Below are positions 39,938 to 47,704 of a stretch of 64,000 nt of DNA, one piece after another. The stretch's first letter is position 1. Each line of letters starts with the position of its first letter. The stretch is from Acidimicrobiia bacterium (GTDB taxonomy: Bacteria > Actinomycetota > Acidimicrobiia > Spongiisociales > Spongiisociaceae), in NCBI GenBank assembly GCA_041576165.1, contig JBFGLM010000017.1, positions 24,807 to 88,806 on the forward strand, written 5' to 3'. The notes under the pieces were generated by a model that worked only from the letters and a program-made list of their open reading frames with translations, searched no databases and had not been told where the DNA came from. Position numbers and translations under genes: made by a program.

Positions 39938-41034
39938 GACGCGTCGTCGGTATTGCTTTGCCGCCCGGAACCGACTTCATCGACGCCGTTCGGCGCATCT
40001 GGGACGAAGGGGACACGGTCTTTCCGATCGATTTGCGGCTCCCCGACGCCGAGGTGCGCAAGGTCATCGAGGCGGTCCGCCCCACCCATGTCTTCGATGG
40101 TTCGGACACGGTGGCCGTGGACCGGGGCGTGCCATCCGAAGATGGAGATGCCGTCGTGATCGCGACCAGCGGAACGACCGGCTACTCCAAAGGCGTCGTC
40201 ATCACCCGCGAGTCGATCGAATACGCCGTCAAGATCACCAATGAAGCAATCGAGGCGGACCCGAAAACCGACAAATGGCTGCTGTGCATTCCGACCGCCC
40301 ACATGGGTGGCTTTCTGATCGTCGCCCGGGCACTGCTCACCGACACGCCGATTGTGGCAATCAGCTCGTTTGACGAAAGGCAGGTCGAAGAAGCGGCTGC
40401 GGAGGGCGCCACCCTCACTGCGCTCGTGCCGGCCGCCCTGCGGCGGATCGATCCCTCTGGATTTCGCAAGATTCTGCTCGGCGGCTCGTCCATGCCGCCC
40501 GAGCGTCCCGCCAACACCGTGGCCACCTACGGACTCACCGAGAGTTGCGGCGGCATCGTGTACGAAGGACGGCCGCTCCCCGGGGTCGAGATACGGGTCG
40601 TCAAGAGCCAGGTCCAATTGAAGTCACCGACCCTGCTCCGCCAGTATCGATCGGGGACCGATCCCAAGATCGACGGCTGGCTCCCAACCGGTGACATCGG
40701 GTCCTATATCGACGGCGTCCTGAGTGTCGAGGGGCGTATGGACGAGATGATCAACACCGGCGGTGAACATGTTTGGCCGTCCCGGGTCGAGGAGGCGCTG
40801 GCGATGCACCCCAAAGTGTTCGACGTAGCCGTCACCGGTCGCCCCGATCCGGCGTGGACCGAAGCGGTCACAGCTGTAGTCGTGCCCATCGACTGGGCGG
40901 ACCCGCCTGCCCTGGAAGATCTGCGGTCGTGCGTCAAAGAGGTGCTGCCCTCCTTCATGGCACCGAAGCGGGTGGAATATGTCGATCACATTCCTCGGTC
41001 CGGCCTGGGCAAGATCAAACGCCACGCGCTCTGA
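39934..41034 (+). CDS. menE: O-succinylbenzoate-CoA ligase (short actinobacterial type)
   Basis: TSGTTGYSKG, TYGLTE, TGDIG, GR.D..INTGGE, GK; adjacent to menHDF. Confidence 0.85.
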   Translation: MRRVVGIALPPGTDFIDAVRRIWDEGDTVFPIDLRLPDAEVRKVIEAVRPTHVFDGSDTVAVDRGVPSEDGDAVVIATSGTTGYSKGVVITRESIEYAVKITNEAIEADPKTDKWLLCIPTAHMGGFLIVARALLTDTPIVAISSFDERQVEEAAAEGATLTALVPAALRRIDPSGFRKILLGGSSMPPERPANTVATYGLTESCGGIVYEGRPLPGVEIRVVKSQVQLKSPTLLRQYRSGTDPKIDGWLPTGDIGSYIDGVLSVEGRMDEMINTGGEHVWPSRVEEALAMHPKVFDVAVTGRPDPAWTEAVTAVVVPIDWADPPALEDLRSCVKEVLPSFMAPKRVEYVDHIPRSGLGKIKRHAL

Positions 41035-41038
41035 GGGA

Positions 41039-41878
41039 TCAGCTGAACAGTCGACCCCTGGGGGTGGCGAGGAAATGCTCGATCGTCGTAACGACGTCGT
41101 CTTCGGCCTCGAGGTGAGTGGCGTGACCGGCGTCCGGCACCACGGCCAGAACCCCTTCGGACACCGCCGCCACGATCTGCTCGCCGATTTCAACGAAGGG
41201 CCGGTCTTCCTCGCCGGCGATGAACAGCACCGGCACCTGGAGCTGGGGGAGCAGATGCCAGTACGAAGGCTGTGCCCCGGTCCCCATCCCGCGCAGCGAG
41301 TTGGCCATTGCGGTCGGATCGTTGGCCATGCGCTGGGCCCGCGCTTCGGCCATATGATCTTCGCCCAGTGCTTCCTGCGTGCGAAAGAAGGGCTTGCGCA
41401 TCCATTCCTCGGCGAACCACTCGATCCCACGGGCGTCGATTTCGGCGGCCAGCCGCTCATCCGACGTGCGCCGGGCCTCCCGCTGGGCCGGATCGGGAAT
41501 GCCGGCGGTGCCGCTGATCAGCACGACGCCGCGCACCAGCTCCGACGCAGTGAATGCCGAGGCCAGCGCCACCCGCCCACCCATGGAGTAGCCGACGATC
41601 GCGGCCGGGCCGTCGAGTCGCTGACGTATGACGTCAAGCACCTGACCGGCGGCCGCGTCCATTGTGTAGGCGGCCGGATCTGGTGGCTTGGCGGAGAAAC
41701 CATGGCCGACGAGGTCGATGCTCAGCACCCGATGCCGCCGCGCGAGGCGGGTGGCTAGCCCCCGCATGGTGTCCGCCGAGCCGGAGAACCCGTGCAACAC
41801 AACGATGGGGTCGCCCTGGCCCTCATCGATCAGGTGCGTGTGCACCCCGGCCGACGTCATGAGCTGGTCCTGGGTCAT
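41039..41878 (-). CDS. menH: SHCHC synthase, alpha/beta hydrolase
   Basis: LHGF, GYSMGGRVAL, R..R...D, G.G.QP, AGHATH; downstream of menD. Confidence 0.88.
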   Translation of the reverse strand: MTQDQLMTSAGVHTHLIDEGQGDPIVVLHGFSGSADTMRGLATRLARRHRVLSIDLVGHGFSAKPPDPAAYTMDAAAGQVLDVIRQRLDGPAAIVGYSMGGRVALASAFTASELVRGVVLISGTAGIPDPAQREARRTSDERLAAEIDARGIEWFAEEWMRKPFFRTQEALGEDHMAEARAQRMANDPTAMANSLRGMGTGAQPSYWHLLPQLQVPVLFIAGEEDRPFVEIGEQIVAAVSEGVLAVVPDAGHATHLEAEDDVVTTIEHFLATPRGRLFS

Positions 41879-43554
41879 GAGAGCGCCTCTCCTATCTGCG
41901 TCCGGATTGCCTTTAGCTGGGCCGTGTTAGCCGCCCGGTCGATGGTCACCTCGAGCACGCGTAATCCACCGGACCTCGCCAGCAGTTCGGTCAAGCGGGC
42001 CGGGGTGGTGACCCTTTCGTACACCGCCCCGACCATGGCAGCTGCGTGGGAAAAGTCGGCCGCGTGCGGCGTCAGAAACAGCTCCTCAAAATGGACCTCC
42101 TCTCCCCAAGCTGCAATCGGCAGCTGTTCGAAGATGCCACCGCCGTGGTTGTTGAGTACCACCAGGGTGAGGTCGAGTCTCCGCTGCGCGGCGGCTACGA
42201 GGCCGCCGAGGTCGTGGAGAAAGGCGAGGTCCCCGATCAGGACCGTCGTCGGCCCCGACGTCTGCGCCACACCGACCGCGGTCGAGATCGTGCCGTCGAT
42301 ACCGTTCGCGCCTCGGTTGGCGAAGACCCGCAGACCCCGATCGCCCGCCCGCATGGCCATGTCGAGGTCGCGTACGGGCATGCTCGAGGCCACCACCAGG
42401 GCAGAACCTGCCGGCACGTGCTCGGCGACCGTACGAGTCACGCCCAGCTCCAGCATGGGATGCTCGGCCACAGCAGCTGTGACGATCTCGGCTGCCCGCT
42501 CGTTCAACTCCATCCACGCGGCGGCCCAGGCACCGGACCGAGCAGAGGCTGCGGGCGGCGCCGGCAGCGCTTCCGGCGGGCAGGCCACGACGCTTGTGAT
42601 CAACGCGCTCGGATCAGACCAATCGGCTGCAGGATCAACCAGTATCACCTCGGGCGGATTTGTCCGTTCGAGCCATAGGCGAAACGCCTTGCTGGTCGGG
42701 GTGCGCCCGAGTCGCAACACCACGTCGGGCACCAGCCGACCGGCCGCCGGTGACCCGAACATGTGGTCGGCTGCGTCCAAGATCAGGGCCCCCGAGCTGC
42801 TGCTGCGCAACTGACTCAACGGGTCTGCCACCACCGGCCAACCGGCCGCCCGCGACGTCGCTCCAATCGCGTCGGCTGCTTCCTTACCCCCGCCCATCGG
42901 ACCTGCGACGATCAGCCCCCGTTCATGAACAAGCGCCTGTTCGATCGGCCCGGGATCGCCGGCGGCCGAGGGCGGGAAGAAACGAAGAGACGAGCGAGTC
43001 GGATGATACTCCTCCCGCCAATCGGCATCCGGTTCGAGTGGCTCGCGAAAGGGCCAGTTCACATGCACCGGGCCCGCCGGCAGTGAGCGGGCGGTAACTG
43101 CAGCTCGAAACCCCGTCCGCTCCGCCCGTTCGCTTGGAAAGCCGCCCACCGGCATCAGCGTGAAGGCCTTTGCGTGGTTACCGAACAAGTGAACCTGATC
43201 GATCGTCTGACCTGCGTCCCACCCCCACACCTCGGGCGGACGGTCTGCGGTCAGGATCACCAGCGGCACCCGTGTCTGGCGGGCTTCGATCACGGCCGGG
43301 TGATAGTTGGCGCCGGCGGTGCCCGACGTGCAGATGAGCGCCACCGGAATGCCGGCGGTCTTTGCCCGGCCAAGGGCAGCGAATGCGGCCGATCGCTCGT
43401 CCAGCACCACCTCGATGGCCAGGTCATCGCGCAGCCGGGCAGGCAGCGCCAATGGCGTAGATCGCGAGCCGGGCGAGATGACTGCGTGCGTGACACCGCC
43501 GGCCACCAGGCCCGCCAGAAACGCATCGACCGCGGGATAGACAGAGGAGGCCAT
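41875..43554 (-). CDS. menD: SEPHCHC synthase
   Basis: SPGSRSTPL, DERSAAF, CTSGTA, TADRP, ANRGANGIDG, GDLAFLHD...NN.GGGIF. Confidence 0.95.
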   Translation of the reverse strand: MASSVYPAVDAFLAGLVAGGVTHAVISPGSRSTPLALPARLRDDLAIEVVLDERSAAFAALGRAKTAGIPVALICTSGTAGANYHPAVIEARQTRVPLVILTADRPPEVWGWDAGQTIDQVHLFGNHAKAFTLMPVGGFPSERAERTGFRAAVTARSLPAGPVHVNWPFREPLEPDADWREEYHPTRSSLRFFPPSAAGDPGPIEQALVHERGLIVAGPMGGGKEAADAIGATSRAAGWPVVADPLSQLRSSSSGALILDAADHMFGSPAAGRLVPDVVLRLGRTPTSKAFRLWLERTNPPEVILVDPAADWSDPSALITSVVACPPEALPAPPAASARSGAWAAAWMELNERAAEIVTAAVAEHPMLELGVTRTVAEHVPAGSALVVASSMPVRDLDMAMRAGDRGLRVFANRGANGIDGTISTAVGVAQTSGPTTVLIGDLAFLHDLGGLVAAAQRRLDLTLVVLNNHGGGIFEQLPIAAWGEEVHFEELFLTPHAADFSHAAAMVGAVYERVTTPARLTELLARSGGLRVLEVTIDRAANTAQLKAIRTQIGEALS

Positions 43555-44921
43555 CAGGCCAACGTCCGCACTACGCGACCGAGCGCCTGAAACTTCAGCT
43601 CGGTCTCGGCCAGCTCCCGATCCGGCGTCGAGCCCGCCACCACACCGGCGCCCGCGTACAAGGTCACCCGGTGATCCCGAACCAAACCGCACCGCAGGGC
43701 GACCCGAAACTCGCCATCACCCGAGGGACCGATGTAGCCGACCGGGCCCGCATACCAGCCCCGGTCGAGCTCCTCGTGATCTTCCAGCCATCGAATGGCT
43801 GCATCGGCCGGCACCCCAGCAACGGCCGGCGTCGGATGCAGCCGCCCCACCATGTCCAGCAGCGAAGTGGCGGGCCCGGCCGTGCCCGTGACACGCGTCC
43901 ACAGGTGTTGAAGGCCCGGCAACTTCAGAACCTCCGGGTCCCGCGGCTCGTCCAGAACCACGCCGGCCTGCTGCAGCCGAGCCCGTATTTCCCCGTACAC
44001 CATGTGGTGTTCCCACACCTCCTTGGGATCGGCCAGCAATCCCACGCCCAATGCGTGGTCGGCATCGAAGGACTCGCCGCGGGGGGCGGTGCCGGCCACT
44101 GCCATCGTTTCCACCCGCTCCGCGGCCGTCCGGGCGAGAAGCTCGGGAGTGGCACCAACGAAGGTTTCGAATCCCAGCCGGAACGCGAAGGTGGCACAGC
44201 CCGGGTAGGTGGCCCGTAGGGTGGCGATCGTTTCGATGAAGTTGACATCTTGGTCGAAAGTGACAGCCCGGGCGGCCACCACCTTCTGCAGCTCACCCGA
44301 CTCGATGTGCTCGACCGCCTGTTGGACCAGCTTGGGATACGCTGCGTTAGCCGGGTCGAGCGGCAGGGCGGGAGCCAGGCGCCGGGGCGGCAGCCAGCCT
44401 CCCCCCAGGCCGGACAGATGGGTGAGCTCGCGGGCGACGTCCGCTGCGACGCCGGTCACGTCTGAGTCACCGACAACCTCGACAGTCCGAATCCACGCTG
44501 CCCGCCCGTCCCGGCGGATGTATGACAGCTCGGGCAGGATCAGCCAGCCCGGACCCATCTTCCAGTCGGTCGTAGCGCTGAACGAGAAGCCGCCGGCCAG
44601 TACCGGCTCGAGAGGTGAACCCTCGCAAGTCACGACGGTCAGGTCGTCAAACAGCTCGTCGACCTGGCGGCCCATGCTCCGGAATCGCTGCGAGGTGTCC
44701 TCTGCCTCCAGCAACCGCACGATTCCCCGACCGACGAGCGCCACCTCACGATCCGGTTGCTCCCACACCAAGGAGAACGGGCCGTCCTCGGTGAATAGAG
44801 CGGCACAGTCGACGTCGGTCCTGGCCGGAGCCACCACCGCGACGAGGCGGGATCGGCCGTCGATCGCCGCGGCCGCAGCCGATGCCAGGGCCGGACGCAA
44901 CGACTCGGCGTCTACCGCCAT
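43554..44921 (-). CDS. menF: Isochorismate synthase
   Basis: KVVAAR, GATPELL, AGTAPRG, LHPTPAV, RGWYAGPVG, AGAGVV. Confidence 0.92.
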   Translation of the reverse strand: MAVDAESLRPALASAAAAAIDGRSRLVAVVAPARTDVDCAALFTEDGPFSLVWEQPDREVALVGRGIVRLLEAEDTSQRFRSMGRQVDELFDDLTVVTCEGSPLEPVLAGGFSFSATTDWKMGPGWLILPELSYIRRDGRAAWIRTVEVVGDSDVTGVAADVARELTHLSGLGGGWLPPRRLAPALPLDPANAAYPKLVQQAVEHIESGELQKVVAARAVTFDQDVNFIETIATLRATYPGCATFAFRLGFETFVGATPELLARTAAERVETMAVAGTAPRGESFDADHALGVGLLADPKEVWEHHMVYGEIRARLQQAGVVLDEPRDPEVLKLPGLQHLWTRVTGTAGPATSLLDMVGRLHPTPAVAGVPADAAIRWLEDHEELDRGWYAGPVGYIGPSGDGEFRVALRCGLVRDHRVTLYAGAGVVAGSTPDRELAETELKFQALGRVVRTLA

Positions 44922-45640
44922 TCGCACGACACCACAAACTGCTGCGACTCGACGGCCAGGAGCGCCTCCACCAGTGCCCGATCGTCGCTGTCGCGGAGAC
45001 GTTCGAGCGCCCGGCTCACCAGGGACTGCTGAAAGTGTTGAGCCACGAGACGGGTCGCCTGGGACAGCAACACCTGAAAGAGCTCGGCGAGCGATGCGGT
45101 GTCGTCACCCCGGCTGGCGCGGACGTGCGAACGGAAAAGCTCGATCGCGCCATCCACCACGGAGTTCACATTCTGCGCATGCTGGACAGCCAGGCCGGTC
45201 AGCTCCTCCAGAGGAATGCCCGCCTGCAACAGGGACGCCGCCGCCGACAGCATGGGGATCGCGTCCTCGGAAAACCGGGGCTCCTCGTCGGGCCCGACGG
45301 TGTCGAGCAGTCCGGCACTGACGGCCACGTCGATGAGCGGTTCCGGCAGCCCCGAGGCCTCCGAAAGCTCCGACTTGCTGAGGGTGCGGAGTCCAACCGT
45401 CTGGTCGACCAGTGCCTTGAGCAAGGGAGTGCCTTGCTCGCTGGTCAGCCGCTGGATCTGGGCCAGGCTGAACCCGGAAGCCGCCAGCCGACGGACGGTT
45501 TCGATCTGACTGCGGTGCAGCTCCGAATAGCGGGCCATCCGGCCGTCCCGCTCCGGGGCATCGATCAAACCGAGACCTTGGTAGTACCGGATCGTGTCGA
45601 CCGTGAGGCCGGTCTCGGCCGCCAGTTCCTCAACTCTCAT
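44912..45640 (-). CDS. MerR-family regulator with a second HTH-like segment
   Basis: MRVEELAAETGLTVDTIRYYQ..GL; second LSKSELSEASG motif; overlaps the menF start. Confidence 0.88.
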   Translation of the reverse strand: MRVEELAAETGLTVDTIRYYQGLGLIDAPERDGRMARYSELHRSQIETVRRLAASGFSLAQIQRLTSEQGTPLLKALVDQTVGLRTLSKSELSEASGLPEPLIDVAVSAGLLDTVGPDEEPRFSEDAIPMLSAAASLLQAGIPLEELTGLAVQHAQNVNSVVDGAIELFRSHVRASRGDDTASLAELFQVLLSQATRLVAQHFQQSLVSRALERLRDSDDRALVEALLAVESQQFVVSCEWR

Positions 45641-45647
45641 AGCAATA

Positions 45648-45675
45648 ACTCTACGAGTAATCACTCGAAAGTAGA
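45648..45675 (-). promoter_or_regulatory. Leaderless promoter with palindromic operator for merR-menFDH
   Basis: TAGAGT -10 7 nt before the ATG; CGAGT-AATC-ACTCG dyad at 45654-45667, flanked by TCTAC/GTAGA. Confidence 0.65.
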
Positions 45676-45733
45676 ACCCGGTGGGCGCCGGTTGACCTGC
45701 GGTTGGCCCCCGCCCAGCGCCTACCATTCGCCC

Positions 45734-46510
45734 GTGACCTCGGTACAGAAGCTCGACCGGGAGGGACCGCTGCCGCTGTGGGCGCAGCTACTCACCGACC
45801 TGCGGGACCGAATCGCGGCCGGCGAGTTCAGCGACCGCTTCCCCACCGACCAGGAACTCGTAGACGAATACGAGGTGAGCCGCCACACGGTCCGCGAGGC
45901 CGTCCGCAGGATCCAGGCGGACGGGATACTCGACCGGCGGCGGGGGCGAGGGACCTTCGTACGAGACTCGTTCGAACAGCCGCTCGGCTCGATCTACTCG
46001 CTGTTCCGCTCGGTGGAAGACAGTGGGGTCGAGCAAACATCCGTGGTGCTGCGCCAGGAACGCCGGACCGAGCCCGATGTTGCGGACAAGCTCGGTTTAG
46101 TTGCCGATCACGAGTTCTTCTACCTGGAACGGCTCCGGCTTGCCGGCGAGGATGTTCTGGCCATCGATCGGGTGTGGGTTCCGTTCGAGATCGGCTCGCC
46201 GTTGCTCGAGGCCGACTTCAGTCAGACCGCCCTGTACAACGAGCTGCGGGACCGCTGCGGAGTCTCCCCCGAAGCTGGCACCGAACGGATCCGCCCGGTG
46301 GTGCCGACCGATGAAGAGCGTACCGATCTCGGGCTGACGGCTGACGACGCGGCATTCCTCATTGAGCGCCAGACCCAATCCTCCGGGGCGCCGCTCGAAT
46401 GGCGCGAGACGCTGGTGCGAGGTGACCGGTACCGCTTCGTGGTGGATTGGGCGCCCGGTCGGAGCGGGTTGCCGCACGTCGAAGCCGATTCGCCTGACTC
46501 GCCGGCCTGA
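45734..46510 (+). CDS. GntR-family regulator (HutC/UTRA)
   Basis: PLWAQL, P...EL...YEVSRHTVREA, RGRGTFV, UTRA-like C-terminus; GTG behind TACCAT. Confidence 0.92.
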   Translation: MTSVQKLDREGPLPLWAQLLTDLRDRIAAGEFSDRFPTDQELVDEYEVSRHTVREAVRRIQADGILDRRRGRGTFVRDSFEQPLGSIYSLFRSVEDSGVEQTSVVLRQERRTEPDVADKLGLVADHEFFYLERLRLAGEDVLAIDRVWVPFEIGSPLLEADFSQTALYNELRDRCGVSPEAGTERIRPVVPTDEERTDLGLTADDAAFLIERQTQSSGAPLEWRETLVRGDRYRFVVDWAPGRSGLPHVEADSPDSPA

Positions 46511-46516
46511 CGACGC

Positions 46517-47215
46517 TCAGCTGTCGTCGACGCTGGACGCAAGCTGGGCGGCAGAACGCCGCGCTCGTGCCGCCAGGTCCACCCACAGGCGGGCACTGCC
46601 CGGATGCCGGTCGGCCAGGTCCTCCCACAACGCGGCTGCCGCCGCATACGGTTCTGGGCCGACCTGGGTCGTGTGGTCTTCGAACAGCCACCCGCCCGCC
46701 AGGTCGTGCACCGCCAACCCGTCGGGTATCGCCCCGATGCTGTCGTGACCCGGGGGCACCAACCCCTCGCTCTCGGTGAGAACTGGAGCCACCCGATGGA
46801 GGTCGCCCAGGGCCAGCAGCGCCTCGGTAGCCGCCATGGCCTCTGCCGCCCACTCAGAATCAGTGGACCCGACCGTCACCAGCCACGGCACCGCCCAATG
46901 CAGGATCCGATCGCCCAGCAGAAAACGGCGGTCGGATAGTGCCTGGGTGGCCGTCACCGGATCGTCGGCGTCCCACGCGTCCGCCTCGGCGCCGGCCAGC
47001 GCCGCGCCGAATGCCAGCAAACTGGAGAGCGAATGATCTGCGAAGGCGTGGCTCCACGATGCGGCGCGGCGAGTCAAATCGCCGGCCGGGTCGTGCCCGG
47101 TGACGGCCAACTCACTGGGCTGTGGACCATCCCAGCCGGACGCCAGCAGATCTACCAGCGACAGGACGAACGACCACCGGTCCAGCTCAGACCGGGCCGT
47201 GGCACCTGCGTTCAT
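46517..47215 (-). CDS. Hypothetical protein with weak TorD/DmsD chaperone-like segment
   Basis: ADH.L...L.F.A.L...RRFL....LHWAVPWL; leaderless ATG behind TAACCT. Confidence 0.6.
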   Translation of the reverse strand: MNAGATARSELDRWSFVLSLVDLLASGWDGPQPSELAVTGHDPAGDLTRRAASWSHAFADHSLSSLLAFGAALAGAEADAWDADDPVTATQALSDRRFLLGDRILHWAVPWLVTVGSTDSEWAAEAMAATEALLALGDLHRVAPVLTESEGLVPPGHDSIGAIPDGLAVHDLAGGWLFEDHTTQVGPEPYAAAAALWEDLADRHPGSARLWVDLAARARRSAAQLASSVDDS

Positions 47216-47304
47216 GGCCGGAGGTTACGCGCTACACCCGACACGCGCCGGGGGGCGAACGACAGCCATGACGAAGCTGGGATCGAGACGTAGCCGGGGT
47301 GTGC

Positions 47305-47480
47305 GGCAGACAGGGTGCGCCGAAGCGCACCCTGTTGCCTTCCCACCGCTCCGCTCCGCAGGTGGGAAATCTCGAAGCCATCGAGCTGAAGCACCCTGGC
47401 GATGTGTAGCTCCAGCCCAACGGATCCGCTCCGCTTTGTACCCACTTGGAGTGATTCCGCCATCACTCAAGGTGAGCACT
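47305..47480 (-). ncRNA. Candidate structured small RNA of unknown family
   Basis: Five consecutive hairpins; G-U pairs in P1 and P2 that would be mismatches on the plus strand; terminal C(UUCG)G stem; CACAAT -10 at 47492-47487. Confidence 0.65.
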
Positions 47481-47584
47481 GTGGCCATTGTGCGGAAGTC
47501 ACCGGAGGATTCCAGAAGCATCCATAATCCACACGGGGTGACTAGTCAGCGACGGAGAGCGGGAACCAGCGATCCGGCGACACA

Positions 47585-47617
47585 GCCAGCCCGAGCATTG
47601 CCAGCCCGAGCATTGCC
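47585..47617. repeat. 15-bp tandem duplication
   Basis: GCCAGCCCGAGCATT twice, followed by GCC. Confidence 0.85.
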
Positions 47618-47704
47618 GGAACGGCGTGTAACGATGGGCTCCCGCACAAAGCCTCACAACGTCCACCAGCCTACCCTGGTCTGTGCCGCCGGGCCATGAT
47701 CGCG

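Noticed and set aside
44882-45733. Apparent long N-terminal extension making GntR a 542-aa fusion
   Set aside because: The extension is antisense to merR; the real start is probably GTG 45734 behind a TACCAT -10.
47290-47690. RNase P RNA, SRP RNA, tmRNA or cobalamin riboswitch
   Set aside because: Only short fragments resemble them (CCCCGGCTA, GGGAAGGC). The GAGGAAAGTCC core, SRP loop, tRNA-like ends and B12-box order are missing.
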